In this document: one piece after another, positions 1 through 25,200 of the stretch | How the letters are laid out: each line of letters begins with the position of its first letter | Numbering within the stretch: position 1 is the stretch's first letter | Source of the DNA: Bugula neritina | Lineage: Eukaryota; Animalia; Bryozoa | Length of the DNA: 64,000 bases | Direction: 5' to 3' | NCBI GenBank assembly: GCA_964035545.1 | Contig: OZ037765.1 | Location: 6,892,698 to 6,956,697, forward strand | Notes under the pieces: generated by a model | What the model saw: only the letters and a program-made list of their open reading frames with translations | Told to the model about the DNA's origin: nothing | The model's database searches: none | Position numbers and translations under genes: made by a program

Positions 1-4074
<4,074 letters not shown>

Positions 4075-7000
4075 GCTGACCAGCAACACCAACCGTCTGC
4101 TGCTGAAGAAACACGATGTCTCTGCTGTATGTACGTAGAATAAAGACGCAATGTATATATGTAATGTTAGGTGTTTAACGTAATGTGTATACAGTTTGAT
4201 GACATTTTGACTCTTGGCAGCAACTACTTGTCTTTCGTGTAAACAATGGCTTGAAAAAACTTTGCTTCAACTCTGTGAAAAGTAGAAAGTTAGAGCTAGT
4301 TTATATCTTATAGATTGCTTAATATCAGCCTGTTTTTGTAACTCTGCTTGCTTGTACATTGTATCTTTTATATCAGCTAAAATTCCAAAAATAACCCAAA
4401 ACAATAAAGGCTTATTTTTGATGTTTGTTGCTTTTCATGTAAGAAAATAGATTGGTGCTTGAATTTTTCATAAAATCAGTTGATATATATTTTAATTAAA
4501 ATGTTTTTACAGTTTTGCATAATATTAGTCTTTTTGTTGTAAAGTTATATAAAAGTTTTAAAATTAAAGTTAGTCAATAAATTATTTGACTTTCTATCTT
4601 GCTATCATGAAGGCTGGTGTGGGAGGCATATTCTTGCATTTGAAAAAAGAAAGAAATCTCGATTGCCCACTTCCACTTGATCAAGGGAAAGCTTAGTTCT
4701 CATGATCAACTGTTAAAATTGTATAGCTTTCCAGTTTAAAGTTTCGACTCTCTTAGATAATAAGTTATTGATGATTGGCCAGCCATGAATAGATGTAAAT
4801 ACTTACTCAATGACACTGTTTAAAAAATCTTTTGTCACTATCCTCTGAAACAAAGTGGAGGGAAGCTCATTTGACTAAACTAACAAATTATTTTAATCTT
4901 CAACTGCACCTACTGAAGTGTTTTTTAAAATAATTTATTCATTGTTTGGCTTCTGCTGTCTTTAGAATTTTTCAAATCTTATTATATACTCTTATACTGT
5001 TACATTATAGGCTGGGTAGTGGTATTTATAAAATGCAAAACGAAGCACACTTGAATTTTAAGCAAAATCAATATAAGTACTGCCGTTGTTGAATAATTTG
5101 AGATGTATCTGCCAGCGTTGTCTATAGCAAACATTACGTGGATTGTATACTAGCCGGCCTATTTACCTTTGTTTTATCACTTATTACAAGAAAACTTAAG
5201 TAAGTTACACAAACCTTTCTATTAGAAGATAGAGTATTTGGATGCTGTAAAGTATATGCGAATGTTAATACTTTTTAGCCTGAGATCAAGACCAGCCCAT
5301 ACCCTGCCTGAATGAACAAGATATTTTTTATCAGAACTCAAAGTACAAAATTAGTAAATTAATGGACACCCTGAAATATGCAGCAGTAACCTTCAATTAT
5401 ACTGGCCATTACTTGTTTTGTGTATTGGAATGAATTTTTTTTACTATGTTGCAGTAAGTTTCATTCATATTATTCTTTTATTGCTTAACAAAAGTATGAC
5501 TTTGAGTAGCTGATATGCAATTGGTAAACTACGTAGAATAAATCATGATATGAGACAAATATTGGAGTAGAAAATATTGAATGTAACTACATACAAGTAG
5601 GGGAGGTGGGAGCTTTATATGAGTAAGCAAAAGATTTGGGCACCAGTATTTTAATCTGATAGCCTTGAAGCGTTCATTTGGAGCAAATCATACCACAAAT
5701 ATGACAAAAGGCATTAATCATCAGTTGATTATATCTTTAATCATCCAACAGGTAGCCAAAGGAAATCAACACTTCTACTGACTTTATAATAGCCATTTGA
5801 GTTTTTTGCATTACAAACATAATGACTGCTGAATGTCATGTTATTATTGCACAAGCCTGTCATTTAACTACTTGGCATAATATTACTTTACATAATTCAC
5901 TCTGACATTTTAAAGTAACAACTTTACACAATCTTTTAAATACCAATGAGATTATATAACCTAGTGTGTTTTCTACTGCAAATATTAAACAGGTAGCATC
6001 AAATTCATTGTGGGAGCAAGATATGACAAAGAGGAGATGTTTTTCCGTACAGTAACCTCATTGTAGCATTGCCTACTCATCACTATACACTATTATACCT
6101 GTTGAGATTTCAAAGCTTTAGAAATCTACAACTCTGTTCTACTGATTTAGAAGTTGTGGCACAGAGTAAGCCTGTTAAAACCTCTGCCTCAAAACTCTCC
6201 TTTAGAGCAGAATGTTTAGAAGCTTCAAATTTTAGTGTTTCAGCACACATATGACTCATACTAGACATATCTATCAACAGTTTCATTTTATTACAGTGCA
6301 AACAGGCTGAGAGCTGTTGTGCCCAAAGTGTGTCATCACTCGGTGTACAAGCTAATAAACCATGGTGACAGTTAAACGTATTTACTCGTACATGAATCTT
6401 GGCAGCTACACTGTCTCCCACCCATCACTTACTCCCTCAAGTTTTGTGTCACTGATAACAGCTTATAATTAAGATGAGTCAGTGTTGACAAAGGTAATCC
6501 TCAGCTACAGTGGGACTGACACTCCCCCACCCTAATATCTAATATAGATAATTAGGCTGTTCATGAATACTCTATACCCGTCACCATCTTCATCACCCAA
6601 TTGCCTTTCTTAGTCCTGAGTAAACATGATTTACATGCAGTATTGGAAGTTGTGGCAAAGCTTAAATGTTAATATCATTGGTATTTAATGGATATTTGTT
6701 GTGAGCAACTTTTTTAAAATAAAATTTAATTAACAGGAAAATTGAACCAGTAATTTAATGCTTTAACAGAAACTGCATTATAATAAATGTATATATATGT
6801 TTTCTTTATTGTGCTTGAAAAAAATCTGAAAAAAATTAGGTGCAGCTATTTTAAGTCATTTAAAAAGCCTGTGTTAAAAATGTGCTTTTATCTTAAAAGA
6901 GTTATTTTCCCATGAAAAGTGCAATCCTAGTCTAAGCTAAAATTATATAAGAAATAATTAGAGCTAAGGTGATAATTGTTTATGAGTTACTGCAGTAATT

Positions 7001-9330
7001 GTATAGAACGTTTAGCGGTAACTATAATAACTATAAAATAGCTACTATAGTTTTTTGTTTAAATATTGTATTTGTTTGGGCCAAGCCCTGCCCCCTGCTA
7101 AAATATATATTACAATTAAAGCTTAGATTATATAAATGCATGACATTGTGAAAAAATAATTGAAAATTTTGTTTATTGGTGTGATCTCATAACATTTTTA
7201 TGGTCCCATAAGCTGTAAAAATATTATGTTAAACAGAATCCTTTAAATGTTTACCTCTCAGATCTGCTTCCTAAATAATTGCAATTGTTTTTAGATTTAT
7301 CCTAAATAGCTATACTTAACGTTGCATGATAACAATTGTACCAAAAGACAATATGATCTTGAGTTAAAAGACACAAGACTGATATTAGATCAAACTCAAA
7401 GACATCGATGAAAGCATAGAAGGTTGTAAAATTCGACTATCAGGAAAATTTGATAAGAAAACAAAAAATTCACACGTTACTAAAGTTGAAGTGCTGTGTG
7501 CGTCTTTACACTAACAAACTACCTGTGACTACTCAACATACACATAGCTACTGTTCAAGATTTAGCAGAGAGAGGGAGATGTTGGCCACCCGTACTTTTA
7601 GCATGTGAGTCACCAAGACTGAGACTACGAGGCTATAAAGTACAGAAAGATTTAATTATTTTATTGGAGGTACATTATAAACCTGGTTGATATAGCAAAG
7701 ATATTGAACGGGATAAACTTACTGGCACCATTTAACAGCCAATAACAGGTTGCTATGAAAGACGTTATTTTGTATTGAGCTCTTATAGGTGAGCGGCAAT
7801 TAAATGTTTGTAATTACTCCAACCAGTTATCAAGATATAGCCCTACGCACGCCCTTAGTAAAAGATATATAGAAATAGAAACTTTTGCCGTGGGAAAGTA
7901 GCAGTAAAGGAGTTGAGTCATATTAAGCCTGAATTACAGGCTCCTTAAATAACAGCCGTCTCTTTTGAAAATTAAAGCCTGGGGCATTGAAGGACCACCA
8001 AAATAGACCAAAATTTGTTATTGCTTCAATAGGCAAACAATATTTTGCATAAGCAACATGCTTATGTTTGTAAATTTTAGAATTATTATTATAAAAGTGC
8101 GAAAAATTAATTTCAAAAGTCAAAATTATATTTACACATGGTTGGAGATGTCAGAAAGCTGTCATTGTGTTACATCAGCATCTGATGCTTTTGTATTATT
8201 TTTAAAACCCCAGGAATTGAGGTTTGTGGTTTTTTATCCAGGCATGTTTTTAGCCTAATATTAAATATATCTGAATAGTTTAATATAAGACTGTAAATAT
8301 TCAAAGCTTTTCAACTTTGCAGGTGCTGTTTATGGTTTTGCCAAATACCCACAATTATAATATATATTATATTATATCGTATTATATTATATTATATTAT
8401 ATACAAAATCTGGTGTGCTGGTGGAGTTGGCGTTAGATATATGAGTATAATTTTAATCTCTATTTTTAGCTTTCTATGAGTGCAAACATTTTTTTCCCAA
8501 TTAAAATAATTTTAGCAATCACACTGCTATTTTAAAACAGAAATAATAATTTTTTTCAATATTAAACATATAAACATATAAATTAAATTATCTAATAAAT
8601 GTAGTAGCTTTTCATATTCTTGTAGCTCTAAATTTTAGATATAGGTTTTTTCAACAAATTACATTTAAAAATCTGTTAGTATATGGTTGACAGTTGGTGT
8701 TGAGAAAATTAGCAGAAAATGAATAGCTTAACATTAAATGAGATAATTTGCTAAACATTAATTCAGTTTTTAGTATTTTTGTAAAATTTGTAAAGTGACT
8801 AAAATTTTACATTGCACTGTTGCATTAAAAAATACCCATGTATCTAAGAGTGGAGTGTATATAAGCATGTGAGCAATGTTTTACTATGGATAATTTAGAT
8901 GTTATAAAATTTAAATCATACTTAATTGAGGTTTTTTTTTTCAACAATTTAGCATTGCAAAATCTAACATTTGTTATTTTACATTTAGCAAATAAAACAT
9001 CGTTTTTGAAGAAAATGCATGATTCTAGGCATGACTGGTTGAAGAACAATGAATGAGCTAAGCAGTGCACTAGCTGACCAGTGGCTCTAATCTAGACAGC
9101 TTATACTATACAGCTTTGAGTGAGGGAAGAAAAATATGCACCTTTAACTTGGCTGACTCCAGTGAGAAAATATATTAAAATTATTTTAATATGTTAGAAG
9201 ATGAGTAGTTATGGGGAGGCATTGGGTGCTCGGTAAGTTCGAGTAGAGAAGATACATAGTTTAAGTAAACAGAGGGTGAGGCCATGTTGTGCTCATTTGC
9301 CAGACTTTCTAATACTCTATTCTATTTCCT

Positions 9331-9426
9331 TACTGTATACCCTGTAGAGACTGTATACTGTATACTCTGTAGAGACTGTATACTGTATACTCTGTGGAGA
9401 CTGTATAATGTATACTCTGTGGAGAC
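9331..9426. repeat. 25-bp minisatellite (ctgtatactgtatactctgtagaga), ~4 copies
   Basis: Tandem units read directly. Confidence 0.85.
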
Positions 9427-11886
9427 GCACAGTATGAGTTTAGCAGACTAGACACCACTCTCTGACAAACATCCTAATAGCCATTGTCATTTAAAACTGT
9501 AATTGCTGATTGCAGTCAGTTGCAGAAACATTGTCTTCCACAAACTCGGTGGGTCTACTGCATACACTGAGATCTAACACTGCTTACATTAATAGCTAGT
9601 ACTTCTTACATTGATGTCTAGTATTTATGTTTAATATGCCCGCAGACAGCCCAGAGCTCTCAGACAAAATCTCTTCATATAAACAGTGGCTGTGGCCTAC
9701 AAGCCAAGTGAAAAGATTAAAGGGAAATTATTTTGTCTTCAAAGAATGCTACTGCAACTTGTGTTGACTGCTGCAGCTCAAGTACATGGCTACCATTTAG
9801 GACAAATTGTGTTTAGTTTGCTAATGCGTGTAGGCACCAACGTCAAGTGTCCATGAGACATTGTTTAAAATTACACTTACTTTTGTTTAAGTCAAAAGAG
9901 TTGCTAAACCACTTGAAGACAACAATGTCATTGGTATCTAGATATTGCCTCCTTTAATGCTGGTTCATTTAATAATACATCAACATAACTATAATGTTAT
10001 TATACAGGCCTATCAATAACATCTAAAAGTATGCAACATTTAAACTGTAATATTCTAAAAATTCCGGGCTACCACTTTGTTACGAGTATTAAGAAGATGA
10101 TAAATGATTACTAAGAATTATTTACTATTTGGAACTTTGTCAAAAATTAAGGTTTTGTACAATTATGCAGCTGCAAAATATTTGTGGGCGGAAGGTTTGA
10201 CACAGATTAGGGCTATTTTCTTGTAGACTCTCCAGTCCACCAGGAAGCTGTGAGTTATCTATGTTTTATAAAACTGGGACACAGCAAGTGTTATTCTATG
10301 ACACTGTAGCAAGCTGCAGCAATGATAATTATTATTTATAACTGAAGCTGTAATAACTTTTGTTTCGATACTTGTTATTACATAAACTTCATACATTTTG
10401 CTATAATGCTTGCAGTATTAATTCTTTGACTTTTTTTCTTAGTCACTAAATTTTGATCTCATGTAAGATGTTTCTATTGCCCTGTGTTATCATTTCCCCT
10501 TATTAACTCTAGCAACACAAATATATATAGCATTTTCTAAAAACATGTACAACTGTACCCTTTGTGACACGAACTAAATGCATTAATATAAATTTCTGAC
10601 TAGTGTTTTGGTAATTATGTAAAATATTTTAACCTAAACTCATAAAAATTATTAGGACTAAACTATAAAACTATAAAATGTGGTATATTGGTTTCAAGTC
10701 CTAGAAAAGGCTAACAACAATAGAAATTAATATAGGGGATGTAAAATTTCATTTTATTATAGCCAATGCAAAACCACTAGAGCAAGTGGCAGCAGTGAGC
10801 ATCTGCTAAAAAATAAACCTGCCTGGCCCTGCCAAACAACAGTGCAGGCATGCATATATGTTCATCAACTCAGTTTTAGTACCACATCGTTTGGCTTAAA
10901 AGATAACAATTCAATCTGACACACCACAAAATTACAGTGCGTTACAGTGCAGAATATTTTGTTAAATGTAGCCATGTGTTACCAGCACCCCCCATTTAAC
11001 TTTTAGCCCAGAGTCTACCTTTTCAGGCTATTAGTTCCTGTAAGGATAAATGATATTTATTTTGAAAAGCTGTTTTTGTAAAGCAGATGTTGATTAGTGG
11101 CACTGCACAATATTCATTTCTGCCTCTTAAGCTACTGTCCATATATAATGATAATAGTCCGAGTTCTTATGCCAGTGTCACCCAAACAGAATCCCTCCCT
11201 GAAAAATGAAAATGAGGAGGCACCTGAAGCTACTTTGCAAGGAGTGAATGTGATGGCAGGAGTTGACCAACTTCACACCTGTGTGCTGTGTAAACCTACC
11301 AACAGGCTGTGTTAGCTGCTGTCAAGGGTTTAAGCCCTCACCTATTCTAATCAACATGAATTAACAAACAAAATCTTCAAATCACAACTATTAAGTGTTG
11401 AGTGAGCAAACGTGTCACTCAATACCTCTTGTTGCTCAATACAATGAAGAGCCACTATCACTACAAGTGAACAGAAGATGCTGTATGCTGTTCAACGCAA
11501 TATTTATAATCATCAGGTGTTACATGGTGGAGCTTCTGTATATATGGACAGTGATACACATCATCAAGTTCTCCAAAGTTTTTATTCACCTGCATATACA
11601 GTTTTGGTAACTTTAATAGCTATAATTATTTATATATTGAATGTTTGAAATGTTATAATTATGGAAGGCATTTAATGAAAACCTCTTATACCCATGAGTA
11701 GTATCAACTAAAACCAATAAAATTTATGTTTAAATTTAGGGTCATATCACCAGGCAGTGCTGTTAGAAAATTAGCTAAAATCAGTCTAATTTGTTTCAGT
11801 GGTTACATATTTTTATTCAGCCCATTTCCTATTATAAGCCTAAAAAGAATATTTGATTAATTATTATATGACAAGTTATGGTGGCA

Positions 11887-12033
11887 TGAGTCAATCAAAG
11901 CTGCTGTTACAAGGTTTAAGACAGGTAATAGTCAAGCTTATTAGCCAATCGCTGTCCAATCCAAAGATGCGTGATGCACAGTTTTCTGTAGATCACCTTG
12001 TTATGAGTCATTGAGAGTTATAAAACTATAAAA
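11887..12033 (+). promoter_or_regulatory. Candidate proximal promoter of the Osr gene
   Basis: TGAGTCA (AP-1 consensus) at 11887-11893 and 12004-12010, CCAAT at 11945-11949, TATAAAA at 12019 and 12027, about 80 nt upstream of the inferred ATG (12106). Motif matches only. Confidence 0.35.
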
Positions 12034-12105
12034 CATTTTACCATGTGCGTGAGATATATAGCTAAGAAGGATTTACGCTGACGTTTTTTGGAGAGCCGAG
12101 AAACC

Positions 12106-19300
<7,195 letters not shown>

Positions 19301-20288
19301 ATGAAACTCAGTTATGTCTGCCGAGTTCACTGGGTGACCTCAATTGCTACAAGTTGTGTCAGATCTAGCTGGGATGGCTCTTTACTGCCATAAGTTACAC
19401 TTACCAGAGTATTAGGGCTCATCTGGGATCACGCTGGATTTACAGACTACCACAGGATATAAAATGTAGAATTGTTATTGCGTTAATATAAGGTGTTTAT
19501 ATAACCATAATCCTACGTGTATTATAAACTTTAATTTGCTGTAAAACACATGTAGCACCATACAATCCGGTAATTTTTCTCGACAATCAAATTTTAGAAC
19601 TTTTCTGTATTTCAAACAATTTTTCAATTGGTATTAAGTTTATATGCTGGTTGCATATATCTTTCCTCAGTACTGCACTTGAGAAATACTTGTAATTGGA
19701 TTTGACATATTTGTGGTTTGTATTAGTACTTTCTTGTCAAATATGATGTAGACAACATATTTTTGTATTCTAATTATTACGAAAGTTATATTTATGTACA
19801 TACTCATAGCTTTAGAATCTCAATGTTCAAAGTTTAGCTAGCTGTTCTATATGTTCTTCATTCAATTTTTACACATAAGTAAAATCTAATTCTGTTCCAA
19901 ATATAATTTCTAAATAAACTTTTATTTGTTTGAACGAAAAAATTGACTTAAATTTTTGAACATGCAAAACCAAAGTATTTTTATAAATTAATAAAAACAT
20001 TTTGAATCATAGATTTATTTTCCCATAACAGTAATAAAGCTAGATTTACTTTCTACAGTTGCTTACATCATAATTTGAAATTACTTTAAAAATATTATGC
20101 TACAATTGGCCAAATTGGCTCTTTAAACAGCTTTATAAAACATCTGGTGGACAATGTTTCAAGTCTTAGATCGATTTAATTTCACTCCACTGCACGCATC
20201 TCATTTTGGTTTGTCCAGCACAGGACTGTGTAACAGGCACCCCAGGTGTGTACAATGTGACTCTCACCATGAAATCTTTCCTTTTTAG

Positions 20289-20321
20289 TGGCCCTCGATC
20301 TGAAAAGGTTGGACACTCCTG
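20289..20321 (-). mobile_element. Remnant end of a hAT/Charlie-like DNA transposon or MITE
   Basis: Reverse complement CAGGAGTGTCCAACCTTTTCAGATCGAGGGCCA resembles the CAGGGGTGTCCAACCT-type terminus of hAT non-autonomous elements; no partner end found. Confidence 0.4.
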
Positions 20322-21054
20322 GTGCAGCAGATATACAGTATCAGAGTAGCTTTGGAATGTTTGTGCTCTAAGAAGTACAGCAACGGAATGTATTTTGACA
20401 AAGTTATAAACTATAACCTATGTATATGCCAAACTAACTTAAATTTATTATAATATATGATACTATTGCAAAATATGGTATACAAATAATTCTCACTTAC
20501 TATACAGTCGAATGCCTTCCTACTTCCATACCCTTCTTAATTTAATACTCAAGTCCTGCTCATAATAATGGAGATCACATAATATTAGCCTATAACACAA
20601 TCAAGTTGTTAGTATATAAAATGATGAAAACATGTAGTATATATGGGTGAAGACTTGTATAGGCAGACTATAGAGATGCTAGCATATTATAAAGCAGAAC
20701 ATGATCAATGAAATGTTATTGTGAATGGCCATAATTGTTTATAATGATTAACAATAATATTATTATGATTAGGTACAATGACCCTAAGTGGGAGCGAAAC
20801 AGAACCCTCTTTAGAGTTATTTTCTCTGGAATATTCACTCGTCTCATGCTCTCTAACTAGGGAGTACCGGTTTGACCAATTTAGCGCTCAATAGACACAC
20901 TGTTATGTAAACTTAATCGTTATAAGGCCGATTCAAAGTAAACATTAAAATGAAATAGAAATAGCCTTGTATTAGCTCTAAAATTATTCTACCCTTTTGC
21001 CAGCTAAAAGTATGTTATTCATGTTTTTTAATTCGTTCAATAAATAATTTTTAT

Positions 21055-21700
21055 TTTATCATCGTGATCATCATGATAATCATCATCACTCATCAGTCTC
21101 AAATTAGAATTTCAATATGAATATGAATATGAATTAGAATATCAATATCAATATGGATCATTATCACGACACTTACGTCTAACTCTTAAGTCTCGACAAA
21201 TAAGATAATCATCATCATCACCATGAACGTGAAGTGGTCATGAACCATAAAGTGATCACCATCATAAATGGTGGTATCAATATCATGATTATGTCGATCG
21301 CAATGATGATCATCTGTTCATCATTATCATAGTGATATTCATATATTATTTTATGATTTATCATTATCATTATGATATTGATAATTATATTTATTGTAAA
21401 TATATGATTAATATTATTATATGATAATGATTATCACTATGATTATAATTTTGATCATAATTATAAATTGAAATAATAATAATAGTCATCGTGATTAATG
21501 GCAATGGATATGATAAAATAATGGTGATGATTGTGATTGTTATTATGTTTATCACTTACCTAATTTTATGATTACTTATTCTTATGATTATCAATATGGT
21601 CATTAGATTCAATATGCTAATGGTAATCATTGTTGTTATGCTGTTCATTGATGATCATTTTAAATTTATGATAGTGATAAAATAATTTCAATTAATGTTA
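21055..21700. repeat. Degenerate ATC/ATG/ATT trinucleotide low-complexity tract upstream of DNA2
   Basis: Long run of atcatc/atgatg/attatt variants. Confidence 0.75.
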
Positions 21701-22213
21701 TGTTCACTTTGCATTATATTTTTTGATGAGTTACATTTACTTTGTCTGTTAATATTTAATATGATCAAACTATGGCCATGTGACGCATTTATACTTTCTC
21801 AAATTTCAATTATTAAAGCTAGTAAAAACTGCTAAAGCTACTGCCTCAACAGTAAAAAAGGCTGACTGAGTTGACACAATGGTGTGAAAATATTGTTATT
21901 TACTTTTAATTAATAATTCTTATGTAATAGCGATTATTTAAACTAATTTTTTAAGCTAATATGCTTTGTGATACCACGATTCTAGGACTCATATGCTGGT
22001 ATTAAAACACTGTTTTGCTGAAATTACACTGTTGTATAAAAAAAGTATCTGCAGTTGTACAGCCTTATTGGTAGAGTAATTTTAGTCTTTTATAACCTAA
22101 TGATAATTTAATTAAATAGGATCAACATGCCTTCACTATACCATTTGTTTATGCAAGCATGAAATCTAAAAGGTGTTGACCGCTTTAAAAAACTGATTTT
22201 AGGACTAGGAAGA

Positions 22214-25200
22214 ATGGCAAAGGCGAGTACACCAACACCAGTAGTCTTGCTATCAGATTCAGATGGCGAGTCCAACAACTCACTTACAGTTTTAAAAGTA
22301 AAACCTAAACGAAAATCAATTACAAACAGACCAACTGTAAAGCGACTCGCTAGCAACCGGCCTAAGAACCAAACCAGAATAGACAGCTTCTTCCACACAC
22401 TAACTATTAAAAGTGATAAACCGAAACTGTTGAAATCCAATAGTTTTAGTGGTAGCTTGAGTAAAGGCTCTTTTCAAGATGGTGAACAATCAAGTCTATC
22501 GCAGTCTAATACAACATCTGATTCATGCAAACTTTTTTCTGGGATTAAAAGAACAGCAACTTCAGGGTCTTCCCCATCCACAAAGTTACACAAAGTTGTT
22601 GAACCAAAGCTAACCGAGTTGAAAGGTAAGAAGTAAAAAAAATTTTTAGTTGATGAACTATTTCCTAATTGTAAAATTGTATTATAGTTAGCTCTTTTTA
22701 TTTGAAGGTGATGAGTTATGGAAAGCTGTGGTGGCCCAAAGGAAGAAGCCAAAATCCTTAGCCAAACAGTTTGATGATTTAGATCAAGAGAATCTTAATG
22801 GTGCTTCAAATTTTGATGATTTCGAAAGTAAGCTGATAACCAAACAAGTGGTGCACAGTTTCCCTAATGATAAGGTGATTAAAAGACATTCTGGACCAGG
22901 AAAGAAAGAGGTTGAGGATTATCTTCAAAAGATAAAAGATGCAATCCCAGAAGTTATTCCAGCAGAGCCTGTAGTAGATGCCACCCCAATCTTTCGTCCA
23001 AAAGCAAAAATTGTAATTAAGAAAAAGAAGTCTGACTGTGAATTTAATAATGAAAATACTGTTAAATCTGGACTATTAACTTCAACACCCACCAAATTAA
23101 GCTCTCCCAACGTAGCCATAACAGATCATAGTTTGGACTTATTCTCAGACAACAGCTTGTTAGAAGAAGGTACGGAGGAAAATCTCTCTTCCGCACTATG
23201 TGAAGATTATGGCCGACATGTAGTTGTTGACTGCAGTGTTGGGTAAGATCCACAGCATTGAGAAATCTTAACTCCACTTCAGCATTTTGAGCAAGTTTAT
23301 ATAATTTCTTTAAAATTAGGTATAATATCTAAATAAATTATGCATGTCATAAAAATGACCGATTATTAAAATTTGTTTATTATATTTTATTAAGTTTCAC
23401 ACCAAACTTTGCCCTGATGTTTGTGTTAATATTTAGTTGTGCTGTAAGAGCACCGGAAGCTGTTCAGTCACAGATTCATTTGTTGAGTATTTTTTGTAGA
23501 GATGACAACACTGTGATGCTTCTGAAAGACATGAATGGACAGACAAAAACATGTGAACTCAAAGGATTCTGGTGAGTTTATATTGTTGTGATTTTGTGGA
23601 TTATAAGAATAGACTAGTAGTCTGCATGCCAGTTATTGTGAGAGAAATAAAGAGTCTTGATTAAAATGAATCTATGAGTATTTATTTCTTCTGACTGCTT
23701 CGAGCTCCAGTACAAGAATGAAATAACATTGAAAAGCTTCGCACTTATATAGGGGGGAATTCCCGCCACTAATGAGGGGCCGAAACTCGTGCGAACGTCG
23801 GGGTTCCGCCGACCGACATCGGAGGGAGTACTGCCCGATCTCGGGCAGGTCCCTCCGACTTCGTGTCTTCGGTCTCCGACTTCGCACGAGTCTCGGCTTA
23901 CATATAATAAAAAGAAAACGAGTGCGAGGGAATACAACTCACAAAAACTATTACAGTAAACAAACAAAAATAATAGGAAGGGCAATTCACAATCATTACG
24001 CTATTTACTACACTAATCTTAGCTATAATTACAATATTTGAGGCATTAGAAAGCTACGCAAGGAGCTTAGCTATAATTACAGCATTTACAGTATTTACAA
24101 AGTTACGCTAAGTCCATTATAATAGTGACGCGATATAATTACTAGAGCGTTAAAATCCATTACATTCTCCCCCCATCGAAAAGCATCTCCCTTTTCGATA
24201 ACAGAAAAACAGTTTAGCCTCCGTCCGGGGCGTTGAATGCTGGTGGTTCGCAGTTGTTTGTCTTAGTCATCGGATTCGGCGTATCAGGCTCTCTATCTCC
24301 CTTGTGCATTGATCGAGGTGGCAGGATAAGGCCTGAATTCTTCCGTCTAAGTCACTTCTCTGGGTGAGGTCAAGGCCATCGGTAGGTCTAGGGCACCGTC
24401 GTCCACTTGGGTTAACACTAGGTGGGTGGCCGTCTACTATGTGTCTGGGCTGGTTTGCGAGTTGCTGTACCTGAAGTTGTCCTGCACTTTCAGGGCTACT
24501 CTGCATTCGAGGCTTGGAGTCTTTACCCGTACTGGGTGAACAACTCGATGACTGGGGGCCAGTCAAACGCCCTACGTGATAATCAGCCAAGTACTTGGGG
24601 GGGTTTCCTGTCTCTTCTGGCTCTCTCCAAGGTGTTGGAGACTGAGGTATCTGGCCGGTCTGGAGTGTCGTGTATGGGAGGTACTTCCTCCCGGTTTTCG
24701 GGTGGTGTGACTGGTCCTGGGTTATCTGGCGGCGGTGAGAGGTCCTCTATCGGTGTGGGCCTAGGGAGTGGATCCGGAGTAGGAGGAACCGAGGGTGGGT
24801 TTTGTGGCGGAGGTCTTGGGCTATTGTCGGGCTCCTCGGGATTACGAATAAAAATTTCCCACTCTCGGGGTTGATTCCTTCTCCCACGGGAGATGGGCTG
24901 TCGTGCTGGTTCCAGCAGTGGTGGTGCCTGTCCCGCGGCTTCCGGGCTTCCGTGGTAAGGTTTCAACCGCTGCTCGTTCTGAACAGATATCTGTCCCGAG
25001 CGTTCCACACGATATGTATGGTTTGGTAAAACCTCTACCACGCAGTAGGGCCCGACGAACTTAGGCTGTAATTTAGCCGATTGTCCGCGCCGCCTGCGGT
25101 AGCTGACCATCCACACCCAGTCCCCTTCGCGATACAGAGGCGGTTCCTCGGAATCTTCTGTTCGTACCAGCCACTGTTTCTCTCTCAGTGCGTCATGAAC

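Noticed and set aside
4200-12000. Short ORFs between NPL and Osr (e.g. 6110-6421, 11097-11315)
   Set aside because: No domain motifs and no phase-consistent exon chain; treated as non-coding regulatory space.
23764-23897. Hammerhead-ribozyme-like arrangement on the + strand of the LTR: CTAATGA-GGGGCC-GAAAC...stem...GTC
   Set aside because: The core reads CUAAUGA rather than CUGANGA (G5A is inactivating), stem II is 1-2 bp, stem I pairs poorly, it is antisense to the element, and GAAAC/GTC is just the single mismatch of the long hairpin. Worth revisiting only if sister LTRs carry CTGATGA.
23614-23985. 123-aa ORF with hydrophobic N-terminus inside each LTR (also 29968-30339), as a possible accessory gene
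   Set aside because: Non-ATG start; the hydrophobicity follows from T-rich sequence and the open stretch from the GC-rich hairpin; it crosses the TATA and poly(A) signals; no recognisable motif.
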